From positions 1,800,001 through 1,832,000 of the forward strand of contig NZ_LN831039.1 of the NCBI RefSeq assembly GCF_001457595.1: 32,000 nt of DNA, in the 5' to 3' direction. This document shows positions 1 to 8,557 of this stretch, piece by piece. A program made the position numbers and the translations under genes. A model generated the notes under the pieces. That model saw only the letters and a program-made list of their open reading frames with translations, was not told the origin of the DNA and searched no databases. Origin of the DNA: Mycolicibacterium smegmatis (lineage in GTDB: Bacteria > Actinomycetota > Actinomycetes > Mycobacteriales > Mycobacteriaceae). How positions within the stretch are numbered: position 1 is the first letter of the stretch; every line of letters begins with the position of its first letter.

Positions 1-90
1 CTGTTCCCGATCGCCTACACCATCGGCACCGATTTCAAGAAGGCCAAGCGACTGCCCGCCGAGCAGTTCGCGCACTGGGACACCTGGTGA
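1..90 (+). CDS. C-terminal fragment of probable nitroreductase-family protein (5' truncated by the window)
   Basis: Frame 1 reads LFPIAYTIGTDFKKAKRLPAEQFAHWDTW* ending at TGA 88-90; tail resembles nitroreductase C-termini and the neighbour fits Rv3368c synteny. Confidence 0.6.
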   Translation: MFPIAYTIGTDFKKAKRLPAEQFAHWDTW

Positions 91-107
91 GCTGACGCCC
101 GGCGGCG

Positions 108-572
108 TCACACCGCGCCGGGGAAGCCGTGCTGGCGCCAGGCCTCATAGGCGGCGACGGCGGCCGCGTTGGACAGGTTCAGCGACCGCCGTCCCGCCAG
201 CATGGGAATGCGGATCTGCTCGGTGATGTGCGGGTCGGCCAGCGTCTGCTCGTCGAGCCCGGTGGGTTCCGGCCCGAACATCAATACGTCGCCCGGCCGA
301 TAGGCGATGTCGGTGAACGGCGTGGACGCGTGCGCGGTGAACGCGTAGACGCGTGCCGGCATGAGGGCCTGCCACGCCGACGGCAGATCGTCGTGCACCG
401 TGACCGACGCCAGGTCGTGATAGTCCAGACCGGCACGGCGCAGCTTGGGTTCGGACAGATCGAATCCCAGCGGATGCACGAGATGCAATTCGCATCCCGT
501 CGCCGCGACCATCCGGATCGCGTTACCGGTATTCGGCGCGATCCGCGGCGAGAAGAACATCACCCTGAACAT
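108..572 (-). CDS. trmL: tRNA (cytidine(34)-2'-O)-methyltransferase, SPOUT/TrmL family
   Basis: MFRVMFFSPRIAPNTGNAIRMVAATGCELHLVHPLGF..., ...MFGPEPTGLDEQ..., ...IPMLAGRRSLNLSNAAAVAAYEAWRQ; SpoU/TrmL motifs. Start placed at the internal Met rather than the upstream Met at 611. Confidence 0.9.
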   Translation of the reverse strand: MFRVMFFSPRIAPNTGNAIRMVAATGCELHLVHPLGFDLSEPKLRRAGLDYHDLASVTVHDDLPSAWQALMPARVYAFTAHASTPFTDIAYRPGDVLMFGPEPTGLDEQTLADPHITEQIRIPMLAGRRSLNLSNAAAVAAYEAWRQHGFPGAV

Positions 573-630
573 CGCGACGATCGTACGGCCGCCATACGCA
601 CGGCCAACCACATTTCGCCGCAGCGATCAA

Positions 631-645
631 TGAGCGCTTTGCTCA
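631..645. promoter_or_regulatory. Short inverted repeat TGAGC-gcttt-GCTCA in the promoter gap between trmL and the sensor kinase
   Basis: 5-bp arms 631-635 and 641-645 in a 279-bp divergent intergenic region. Confidence 0.25.
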
Positions 646-851
646 ATTACCACACAACTGCGCTACGGCTCGGTCACGAACTCTGTCTGTTCAGTAAGAA
701 TTGTGGAAACGCTCGCGCGTGGCTGTCATACTCGTGCAATTGCCAGGCGTTTGACGCCCGTCCCAGCGTGGGCGGAAACAGCAGGAAGCCCTATGACTCT
801 CGCCCTAGTACTGAACTGCGGCCCCGCCGCCGATGGCACGGTTGGGCGCCG

Positions 852-3746
852 ATGACCGCCTTCACACAGCTGAAACAGGCAGACGGGACGCTCGTCGATT
901 TCGCGCCGTCCTCATCACCTCCGGTGAAGCGGCCGTCCCGCTGGTCGCCGGCGAACTGGCCCGTGAGCCGGAAAGTTCTCGCGATCGTCCTCGTTCCGTT
1001 GATCCTCGCCGCGACATTCGGCGGATTGCGCATTTACGCGTCCGTCACCGAGGCGGCGGATCTGCGACTGGCCGCCGACCGTGCCGAACTGATCCCCGAC
1101 ATCAACAACTACATGGCGGCATTGGAAGGTGTTCTGGTCGCCAGTAGCGGGGCCGGGGACGGACAGGCCGCATTGGCCACATTCGATTCGCGCAAATCCG
1201 AATTGCAGCAGCGGGTGGATTCCACCGATGTTCTCGGCGACGTCCGCGAGGCGGTGGGCACGATGCTCGACAAGGGGCAGACCCTCGTCGACGCCTCGAT
1301 GGCCAACACGGTCGGGTTGCGCCAGCGCATCCTGGATTACGCGCCGCTGCTGCTGACCGCCGAGGCCGCGGTCACCGGGTCGACGCACAGTGCCGATCAG
1401 AGGGTGCAGACCGAGGCAGAAGCGCTCGGGCGGGCCATCGGCGCCCGTGGCCAGATGACCATCCAGGAGATGATGGTCAACCGCGGCGCCGAGGAACCCG
1501 AACCGGTGCTGCGCAAGTCGATGATCACGATGGCGGGCACCGAGCCGTCCACCGTCGCCGCGCTCACCAAGGTGCTGGGCAGCGCGTCCGACGACGCGAC
1601 GACGCTGCGCGACGAGATGGTCAAGCGCATGGCCATCATGGCCAACCCCGGAATCCCGTTGGTGGGCAACCCGGTCCTGCTGGAGTCGCTTGAGAACACC
1701 CGCAAGATCGCCGAGCAGATCATCACCGACAACACCTCGGCGATCCCGGCCGCGGTCGAGGCCGAGGCCGCCGACGCGCGCAACGACGCCATCCGCGATT
1801 CCGTGCTCGTGGCGCTCGCGGTGATCAGCGCGCTGGTGGTCGTGTTGCTGGTGGCCCGCTCGCTCGTGCGTCCGCTGCGGACCCTGCGCGACGGCGCGCT
1901 CAAGGTCGCCCACGAGGATCTGGCGAAGGAGATCGAACGGGTCCGCGCGGGTGGCGAGCCCGGGCCGATCACCCCGCTGCCCGTGTACACCTCGGAGGAG
2001 GTCGGCCAGGTCGCGCACGCCGTCGACGAACTGCACGAGCAGGCCGTGTTCCTCGCCGGTGAGCAGGCGCAGCTGCAGCTGCAGGTGGCCGACATGTTCG
2101 AGACGCTGTCGCGGCGCAGCCGGTCGCTGGTGGACCAGCAGCTTTCGCTCATCGACGAACTCGAACGCAACGAGGACGACCCGCAGCGGCTCAACAGCCT
2201 GTTCCGGCTCGACCACCTCGCGGCCCGTATGCGCCGCAACGGCGCCAACCTGCTGGTGCTCTCGGGTGCGAAGGTCACCCGCGAGAAGAGCGAGCCCGTC
2301 GCGGTCGCGACGGTCATCAACGCCGCGGCCTCCGAGGTCGAGGACTACACGCGCGTCGTCACCTCCGACGTGGCCGACGCCGACGTCGTCGGCTCGGCGG
2401 CCGGTGACCTGATCCACCTGCTCGCCGAACTGCTCGACAACGCGCTCCGGTACTCGCCGCCGACCTCACAGGTGCGGGTCTCGGCGGTGTTCGCCGGCAA
2501 CGGTGCGCTGGTCATCGAGGTGGCCGACGTGGGTCTCGGCATGACCGAGTCGGACCTGCGGGTCGCCAACATCCGTCTGAAGTCCGGTGGCGAGGTCAAC
2601 CCGTACACCGCGCGCCACATGGGTCTGTTCGTAGTGGGGCGGCTGGCCGACCAGCACGGTCTGGTGGTCCGGCTGCGCAGCACCATCCCCGACGAACCCG
2701 GCTCCGGCACCACGGCCGGGGTGTACGTCCCGGCTCAGCTGCTCGTCACCGAGGCCGGCACGGCAGGTGCGCCCGCGTTCGATCAGTTCGACGCGCAACC
2801 CGAGGACGCCGCCACGGCACCCGGCCATCCGACCGGGTATCCGAACGTGGTGTCGCTGGACACCCGCTTCGTGACCACAGGCTCCGAGCACGACGACGAC
2901 CTCGCGGCGGGCCTGCTGCCGCAGCGCAACCCGGGCGCGTCCGGCATCTCCGAGATGCCGGGGGTGTTCGCCGAGCCCGAACCCGCTGCCGAGGTGTCCG
3001 GGGACGCCCAGGGCGAGTGGCCGCAGCAGTGGCCCGCCCCTCAGGAAGCCGCTGCGCCCGAGGAGGTTGCGCCGCAGGCCAACGGCAGGCCCACCGACAC
3101 GTCGTCGTTCTTCGCGTCGCGGGCACAGGCCGCGGGCGGCACGCAGAACGGCGCCCAGGTCAACGGTGTCCACCTCGACGGAGCCCACACCAACGGCGCC
3201 GCCAACGGGACCGCGGACAGCTTCACGGGGTTCTTCGGCAGCAGCGACGACCAGCTCGACCAGCGCGAACCGGCGGGCGATCCCGGCGACTCGATCTACC
3301 AGTCGATGGTCTCGGAGTTTGCGATCGACCCGACCACCCACGCGCGCAGCGCCGATCTCGACTGGCAGACGGTGTGGGAGAAGGGCTGGTCGGTGGCGGC
3401 CGCCGCGCAGGACGCGCCCGTGGACCGGCACACCGAGGAAGGCCTGCCGATGCGTACGCCCGGCGCGCGTCTGGTGCCCGGTGGCGTGGCCGCGGCCGCG
3501 GGCCGCACCAACGGCGCCAACGGCCACCACCACAGCGATCTGAACGGCGGCGTCAACGGCGAAATTCACGGAAACGACAACGGTGCCGAGGCGGTAGCAT
3601 CTGCCAACGAAGCTGACAACGGCATGTTCGCGGCGTTCAAGCCGCGCGATCCCGAGGCCGTCCGCGCAAGCATCAGCAGCCACTTCGGCGGCGTGCACGC
3701 CGGGCGCTCACATGCCCGTGAGACCAGAGGAACCGATAACGAATGA
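852..3746 (+). CDS. Nitrate/nitrite-sensing (NIT)-type, HAMP, HATPase_c sensor histidine kinase-like protein of a conservon operon (Rv3365c-like), with long low-complexity Asn/Gly-rich C-terminal tail
   Basis: N-terminal TM segment [23 protein letters not shown], extracellular region, second [35 protein letters not shown] (HAMP), ATPase signatures [42 protein letters not shown]. Start MTAFTQLKQ at ATG 852. Confidence 0.88.
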   Translation: MTAFTQLKQADGTLVDFAPSSSPPVKRPSRWSPANWPVSRKVLAIVLVPLILAATFGGLRIYASVTEAADLRLAADRAELIPDINNYMAALEGVLVASSGAGDGQAALATFDSRKSELQQRVDSTDVLGDVREAVGTMLDKGQTLVDASMANTVGLRQRILDYAPLLLTAEAAVTGSTHSADQRVQTEAEALGRAIGARGQMTIQEMMVNRGAEEPEPVLRKSMITMAGTEPSTVAALTKVLGSASDDATTLRDEMVKRMAIMANPGIPLVGNPVLLESLENTRKIAEQIITDNTSAIPAAVEAEAADARNDAIRDSVLVALAVISALVVVLLVARSLVRPLRTLRDGALKVAHEDLAKEIERVRAGGEPGPITPLPVYTSEEVGQVAHAVDELHEQAVFLAGEQAQLQLQVADMFETLSRRSRSLVDQQLSLIDELERNEDDPQRLNSLFRLDHLAARMRRNGANLLVLSGAKVTREKSEPVAVATVINAAASEVEDYTRVVTSDVADADVVGSAAGDLIHLLAELLDNALRYSPPTSQVRVSAVFAGNGALVIEVADVGLGMTESDLRVANIRLKSGGEVNPYTARHMGLFVVGRLADQHGLVVRLRSTIPDEPGSGTTAGVYVPAQLLVTEAGTAGAPAFDQFDAQPEDAATAPGHPTGYPNVVSLDTRFVTTGSEHDDDLAAGLLPQRNPGASGISEMPGVFAEPEPAAEVSGDAQGEWPQQWPAPQEAAAPEEVAPQANGRPTDTSSFFASRAQAAGGTQNGAQVNGVHLDGAHTNGAANGTADSFTGFFGSSDDQLDQREPAGDPGDSIYQSMVSEFAIDPTTHARSADLDWQTVWEKGWSVAAAAQDAPVDRHTEEGLPMRTPGARLVPGGVAAAAGRTNGANGHHHSDLNGGVNGEIHGNDNGAEAVASANEADNGMFAAFKPRDPEAVRASISSHFGGVHAGRSHARETRGTDNE

Positions 3747-4150
3747 CCCGTCCGACGCAGCGCGATTCCCTGGACTGGCTGGTGTCCAAGTTCGCCCGCG
3801 AGGTTTCCGGGGTGTCCCATGCGGTGCTGGTGTCGGCCGACGGCCTGCTGATGGCTGCCAGTGAGAACATGCCGGTCGAACGCGCCGACCAGCTCGCCGC
3901 GGTGGCCTCCGGCCTGGCGAGCCTCGCGACCGGCGCCGCGCAACTGTTCGACGGCGGCTACGTGCTGCAATCGGTGGTCGAGATGGAGAACGGCTACCTG
4001 CTGCTGATGCGCGTGGGCGACGGATCCAACCTCGCGACGCTGGCCGGCCGCTCGTGCGACATCGGCCAGATCGGCTACGAGATGGCGATCCTCGTCGAAC
4101 GCGTCGGCGCCGTCGTGCAGTCGTCGCGCCGCGCGCCCCAACCGTCTTGA
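3743..4150 (+). CDS. Roadblock/LC7 domain protein (Rv3364c-like)
   Basis: [63 protein letters not shown]; ATGA overlap with the kinase stop. Confidence 0.92.
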   Translation: MTRPTQRDSLDWLVSKFAREVSGVSHAVLVSADGLLMAASENMPVERADQLAAVASGLASLATGAAQLFDGGYVLQSVVEMENGYLLLMRVGDGSNLATLAGRSCDIGQIGYEMAILVERVGAVVQSSRRAPQPS

Positions 4151-4166
4151 TCCGAGAACCGATGCC

Positions 4167-4532
4167 GTGGACGAACTCGAGCGCACCGACGAGCCGAACC
4201 TGGTACGGCCGTACACGCTGACGGCGGGCCGCACGGCGCCTCCGGTGAACCTGCCGCTGGAAGCGCCCGTGGAAACTCTCGACACACCCAACGCGCCGAC
4301 GTGGCCAGGGCGCGATGTGCGCGGACAGATCGTAGAGTTATGCACCGGCAGCCCGTCGGTGGCGGAGATCGCAGCACATTTGTCCCTACCTCTCGGCGTG
4401 GCGAGAGTGCTGATCGGGGACTTGGTGAAGCAGGGTTATCTACGGGTGCACACGACACTCGAGGATTCGGCGAGCTTTGACGAGCGCCGCGAACTGATAG
4501 GAAGGACCCTGCGTGGCCTACGAGCACTCTGA
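4167..4532 (+). CDS. DUF742 family protein (Rv3363c-like)
   Basis: LVRPYTLTAGRTAPP..., IVELCTGSPSVAEIAAHLSLPLGVARVLIGDLVKQGYLRVH; GTG start at 4167. Confidence 0.92.
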   Translation: MDELERTDEPNLVRPYTLTAGRTAPPVNLPLEAPVETLDTPNAPTWPGRDVRGQIVELCTGSPSVAEIAAHLSLPLGVARVLIGDLVKQGYLRVHTTLEDSASFDERRELIGRTLRGLRAL

Positions 4533-5094
4533 AAAGCGCTCGGCCGCTTCGACGAAGATCGTGATCTCCGGGGGATTCGGCGCCGGCAAGACGACATTCG
4601 TCGGCGCGGTTTCGGAGATCATGCCGCTGCGGACAGAGGCGTTGGTGACCAACGTGTCCGAGGGCATCGACCCGCTAGAAGGAACACCCGACAAACGCAC
4701 CACCACGGTCGCGATGGACTTCGGCCGCATCACCCTCGCCGAGGATCTGGTGCTGTACCTGTTCGGCACTCCCGGTCAGCGCAGGTTCTGGTTCATGTGG
4801 GACGACCTGGTGCGCGGCGCCATCGGCGCGATCATCCTCGTCGACGTGCGCCGGTTGCAGGACAGCTTCGCCGCGGTCGACTTCTTCGAGGCGCGCAAAC
4901 TGCCGTTCATCGTCGCGGTCAACGAGTTCGACGGTGCGCCAAAGCATCCCACGCACGCCGTGCGCAAGGCCCTGGCGCTACCCGAGCACATCCCGGTCAT
5001 CACCGTCGATGCGCGCGACCGCAACTCGGCCAAGGCCGCGCTGATCGCGGTCACCGAGTACTCGCTGAGCACCCTGACCCCGCTGCCCGGCTGA
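4513..5094 (+). CDS. mfpB: Small Ras-like GTPase of the mfp conservon (Rv3362c-like)
   Basis: P-loop GGFGAGKTTFVGAVSE, switch LFGTPGQRRFWFMWDDL, NEFDG; overlaps the DUF742 gene by 20 bp. Confidence 0.93.
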   Translation: MAYEHSEKRSAASTKIVISGGFGAGKTTFVGAVSEIMPLRTEALVTNVSEGIDPLEGTPDKRTTTVAMDFGRITLAEDLVLYLFGTPGQRRFWFMWDDLVRGAIGAIILVDVRRLQDSFAAVDFFEARKLPFIVAVNEFDGAPKHPTHAVRKALALPEHIPVITVDARDRNSAKAALIAVTEYSLSTLTPLPG

Positions 5095-5099
5095 GGCTT

Positions 5100-5675
5100 G
5101 TGCGTATAGGGGCAAACGGCGACGAAACGGTATGGGCGGACGAAGAGTTCGCCGGGCGTGACTTCCGCGACGAGGATCTGAGCCGCATCCGCACCGAACG
5201 CGTCGTGTTCACCGAATGCGATTTCAGCGGCGTCGACCTCTCGGAGTCCGAGCATCATGGATCGGCGTTCCGCAACTGCACGTTCCGCCGCAGCACCATC
5301 TGGCACAGCACGTTCACCAACTGCAGCCTGCTCGGGTCGGTGTTCACCGAATGCCGCATCCGCCCTGTCACATTCGTCGAGTGCGACTTCACGCTCGCGG
5401 TGCTCGGCGGCTGTGATCTGCGTGCCGTCGACCTGTCGGACTGCCGGTTGCGTGAGGTCTCGCTCGTCGGTGCGGATCTGCGTAAGGCAGTGCTGCGGCG
5501 GGCCGATCTGACGGGCTCACGCGTGCAGGACGCACGCCTGGAGGAGGCCGATCTGCGCGGTACGCGCGTCGACCCCACGTTCTGGACCACGGCCAAGGTG
5601 CGCGGCGCCAAGATCGACATCGAACAGGCGCTCGCGTACGCCGCCGCGCACGGTCTGGCCGTCCACGGCGGCTAG
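5100..5675 (+). CDS. mfpA: Pentapeptide-repeat protein MfpA, DNA-mimic modulator of DNA gyrase / fluoroquinolone tolerance
   Basis: A(D/N)LXX-type repeats: VVFTECDFSGVDLSESEHHGSAFRNCTFRRSTIWHSTFTNCSLLGSVFTECRIRPVTFVECDFTLAVLGGCDLRAVDLSDCRLREVSLVGADLRKAVLRRADLTGS. GTG start at 5100 gives MRIGANGDETVW. Confidence 0.94.
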   Translation: MRIGANGDETVWADEEFAGRDFRDEDLSRIRTERVVFTECDFSGVDLSESEHHGSAFRNCTFRRSTIWHSTFTNCSLLGSVFTECRIRPVTFVECDFTLAVLGGCDLRAVDLSDCRLREVSLVGADLRKAVLRRADLTGSRVQDARLEEADLRGTRVDPTFWTTAKVRGAKIDIEQALAYAAAHGLAVHGG

Positions 5676-5718
5676 GTTTCTCACCGCGAGCAGTCCCCAG
5701 CAAGCGGGAGTGCCCCCA

Positions 5719-5758
5719 ACAAAACTGCGCCTTTTCGCGTGAAAAGGCGCAGTTTTGT
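5719..5758. terminator. Perfect 18-bp hairpin with GCGT tetraloop; probable bidirectional terminator between convergent genes
   Basis: ACAAAACTGCGCCTTTTC-GCGT-GAAAAGGCGCAGTTTTGT between mfpA (+) and the ABC transporter (-). Confidence 0.85.
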
Positions 5759-5777
5759 GTCTGCTCGGCAGAGGAAC

Positions 5778-8477
5778 TCAGCCGGCTTTGAGACGGATCT
5801 TCCAGCGCACGAAGGTCACGTAGAACACCGACAGCACGCCGAGCATGGCCATGTCGAACAACCACGTGCCCGATGTGTGCTCCCAGTGCGAGTCCTTCGG
5901 CGTCAGCGGGCCGGGCACCAACCGGATCAGGTCGACCGTGGACGCCGAGGCCGCGAAACCCCAACGGGCCGGGGTGATCCACGACAACTGGTCCAGGCCG
6001 ATGCGCCCGGTCACCGGGATCATGCCGCCGGAGAACACCAACTGGCTCATGATCGCGACGACCAGCAGCGGCATGATCTGCTCGCTGGTCTTGGCCAGCG
6101 CCGACAGTGCCAGGCCCACCATCGCGGCGGTCACGGTGGTGGCGGCCATGCTGAGGAACAGTTCCAGCGAACGGTTGGGGATCACCACACCGCGTTCCAC
6201 CGCGCCCTCACCCCAGCCTTTACCGCTGATGGTGATGACGGTGACGATCGCCGACTGCACCACGGCGAACACCGAATACACGCACACCTTGGCCAGCAGG
6301 TAGGCCGTGGTGGACAGGCCGACGGCCTGTTCGCGGCGGAAGATCGCGCGTTCGCCGATGAGATCGCGGATGGTCAGCGCGGTGCCCATGAAGATGGCGC
6401 CGACGTTGAGCAGCACCAGGATCTGGCCCGGTTCGTTGGGTGCGTCACCCATCGGGTTGGGTACGCCGAAGCCGACGGTCCCCGGCACCGACAGTGACAG
6501 CGTGCCCATGATGAACGGCAGCAACGCCAGGAAGATGAAATAGCCGCGGTCGGAGATGATCAGCCGCAGCTGTCTTCGCCCGATCGTGGAGAACTGCCGT
6601 CGCAGGCTGGTTTTCGCCGGCGCGCCCAGATCGGCCGGCGCCTCGGACGACGCCGAGGCCGGTGGGGCTTCAGGTGTGCGCGCGAGGTAGCGACGGTTGG
6701 CCTCGGCCGGATCGTCCGCGACTGTGCTGAAGATGTCGGCCCAGTTGGTGGTGCCGAGTTCGGGGCCGATCTGGCTGGGCGGCCCGAAGAACGCGGTCTT
6801 GCCGCCGGGTGCGAGCAGCAGCACCTGATCGCACACGTCCAGGTAGGTCAGCGAGTGTGTGACCACCAGCACCACACGGCCCGCGTCGGCCAACTGGCGC
6901 AGCATCGTCATGACCTGCCGGTCCAGCGCCGGGTCCAGGCCCGAGGTGGGCTCGTCGAGGATCAGCAGCGACGGGCCGGTCAGCAGCTCGAGCGCCACCG
7001 AGGCGCGCTTGCGCTGACCACCGGAGAGCTTGTCGACGCGGGTGTCGAGGTGCTTGGTCATCTCGAGCTCTTCGAGGACCTGCATGACGACCTGCTCGCG
7101 GTCTTCCTTGGTGGTGTCCGGGGGCAGGCGCAGCTCGGCGGCGTACATCAGCGCCTGGCGCACCGTCAGCTGACCGTGGACCACGTCGTCCTGGGGAACC
7201 ATGCCGATACGGCTTCTCAGCGAGGCGTATTCGGCGTGGACGTCGTGGCCCTCGAACTTGATGGTGCCGCTGGTCGGATGCGTGTAGCCGGCGACCTGCC
7301 GCGCGAACGTCGACTTGCCTGCGCCGGACGGGCCGATCACGGCGGTCAGCGTGCCCGGCCGCGCGTCGATCGAGATGTTGTCCAGCAGGGTCTTGTTGCC
7401 CTCGATGGTCCACGTCAGGCCGCGGACCTCGAGACCGCCGGTGCGGGTGTCGGCCTCGGTCTCGGAGCGGCGCGCAAGCGTGCCGCCGCTGAACACGAGG
7501 TCGACGTTGCCGATGGTGACGACGTCGCCGTCGTGCAGCACCGCCGAGTCGACGCGTGTGCCGTTGACGAACGTGCCGTTGATGCTGCGCTCGTCACGGA
7601 TCTCGGTGCCGCCGGGCAGCGGGATCAGCGTCGCGTGGTGACGTGACGCCAGCACGTCGGGGATCACGATGTCGTTGTCGGTCGCGCGGCCGATCTTGAC
7701 CGCACCTGCCGGGGCGGGCGCGCTGCGGCCGGGCCGCAGGATCTTGAGCATGCTCGTCGCGAGGTTGCTCGCGGGCTCGGCGCCGCCGCGCGGTGCCGCG
7801 GCAGGTCCCATGGTGGTGGGTGCCTGCGACGAGTTGGCCGGAGCGGGCGGGGGTGTGCGCACCGGCTGCGACTGATAGGACTGCGGTGCGCCGGCCGGCC
7901 CGTTGGTGGGGTAGCCGGTCTGCGGCCCACTCGGGTAGCCGCGCTGCGGCCCGCTGGGATATCCGGTCTGCGGGCCGTTCGGATACCCGTGCTGCGGCGC
8001 CGACGGGTACCGCTGCTGCGTGCCGGTGGTCTGCGGATACTGCGTGCGCGGGGGCTGGGTGTAGGGCTGCTGCCAGCCGCCGCCGGTCGGGGCCTGTGTG
8101 GGCCACGACGTGCCGGTGTGGCCCGCGACGGGGACCGCGGCGGTGGGGGTGCGGCCCGCGGATCCCTGGTGGCGGCCGACCTCGAAGCTCAGTTGCGGGC
8201 CGTCGGGGTTACCGATGTTGAGGACCTGGCCGTCCTGTAGGTCGACCGACGACACGCGGCGTCCGTTGACGTACATGCCGTTGAGGCTGCCGTTGTCGAT
8301 CGCGACCCACCGGCCCTGGTCGAAGCGCAGCACGAGGTGCGCACGCGAGATCAGCGGGTGGGCGATGCGGACGTCGGCGCGCAGATCGCGTCCGATGACG
8401 ACATCGCTGCCGGGGGCGAAGGTACGGGTCGACCCCTCGTAACGGACGGTCAGCGCAGGTGGGGATGGTCGGCTCAT
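5778..8477 (-). CDS. FHA-domain ABC transporter, fused ATPase and permease (Rv1747-like; two FHA domains, NBD, ABC2-type TM domain)
   Basis: FHA motifs VVIGRDLRADVRIAHPLISRAHLVLRF...NGMYVNGRRV and VKIGRATDNDIVIPDVLASRHHATLIP...INGTFVNGTRV; Walker A IGPSGAGKSTFAR; signature KLSGGQRKRASVALELLTGPSLLILDEPTSGLDP; C-terminal TM helices. Start MSRPSPPALTVRYE. Confidence 0.93.
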   Translation of the reverse strand: MSRPSPPALTVRYEGSTRTFAPGSDVVIGRDLRADVRIAHPLISRAHLVLRFDQGRWVAIDNGSLNGMYVNGRRVSSVDLQDGQVLNIGNPDGPQLSFEVGRHQGSAGRTPTAAVPVAGHTGTSWPTQAPTGGGWQQPYTQPPRTQYPQTTGTQQRYPSAPQHGYPNGPQTGYPSGPQRGYPSGPQTGYPTNGPAGAPQSYQSQPVRTPPPAPANSSQAPTTMGPAAAPRGGAEPASNLATSMLKILRPGRSAPAPAGAVKIGRATDNDIVIPDVLASRHHATLIPLPGGTEIRDERSINGTFVNGTRVDSAVLHDGDVVTIGNVDLVFSGGTLARRSETEADTRTGGLEVRGLTWTIEGNKTLLDNISIDARPGTLTAVIGPSGAGKSTFARQVAGYTHPTSGTIKFEGHDVHAEYASLRSRIGMVPQDDVVHGQLTVRQALMYAAELRLPPDTTKEDREQVVMQVLEELEMTKHLDTRVDKLSGGQRKRASVALELLTGPSLLILDEPTSGLDPALDRQVMTMLRQLADAGRVVLVVTHSLTYLDVCDQVLLLAPGGKTAFFGPPSQIGPELGTTNWADIFSTVADDPAEANRRYLARTPEAPPASASSEAPADLGAPAKTSLRRQFSTIGRRQLRLIISDRGYFIFLALLPFIMGTLSLSVPGTVGFGVPNPMGDAPNEPGQILVLLNVGAIFMGTALTIRDLIGERAIFRREQAVGLSTTAYLLAKVCVYSVFAVVQSAIVTVITISGKGWGEGAVERGVVIPNRSLELFLSMAATTVTAAMVGLALSALAKTSEQIMPLLVVAIMSQLVFSGGMIPVTGRIGLDQLSWITPARWGFAASASTVDLIRLVPGPLTPKDSHWEHTSGTWLFDMAMLGVLSVFYVTFVRWKIRLKAG
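7909..8028 (-). repeat. Degenerate 24-bp tandem repeat (about 5 units) encoding GYPxGPQ-type linker repeats
   Basis: Protein YPSAPQHGYPNGPQTGYPSGPQRGYPSGPQTGYPTNG between the two FHA domains; successive 24-nt units starting 7909, 7933, 7957, 7981, 8005. Confidence 0.8.
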
Positions 8478-8557
8478 CGCGGTCAACTCTATCGGTACTT
8501 CCCCCGGGCGCCGCTGCGCCGCAGCGGTGTCGTCCGACGTATCGGGTTCATGTGAAT

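Noticed and set aside
701-732. Possible SigA promoter TTGTGG-N20-CATACT upstream of the kinase
   Set aside because: Spacing of 20 nt and weak hexamers; not strong enough to call without TSS data.
129-851. N-terminal 241 aa of the 1205-aa ORF on the + strand
   Set aside because: Antisense to trmL and through the intergenic region; the true kinase start is the Met before TAFTQLKQ...VLAIVLVPL at 852.
915-2417. 500-aa minus-strand ORF
   Set aside because: Antisense shadow of the sensor kinase; low-complexity Arg/Asp/His/Gly composition typical of high-GC reverse frames.
2466-3698. 410-aa plus-strand/minus-strand ORFs overlapping the kinase C-terminal tail
   Set aside because: No recognisable domain; the real frame has clear ATPase motifs upstream and correct start/stop coupling to the roadblock gene.
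5739-7646. Plus-strand ORFs of 252 and 263 aa (5739-6497, 6855-7646)
   Set aside because: Antisense to the FHA-ABC transporter, whose FHA and Walker motifs are unequivocal.
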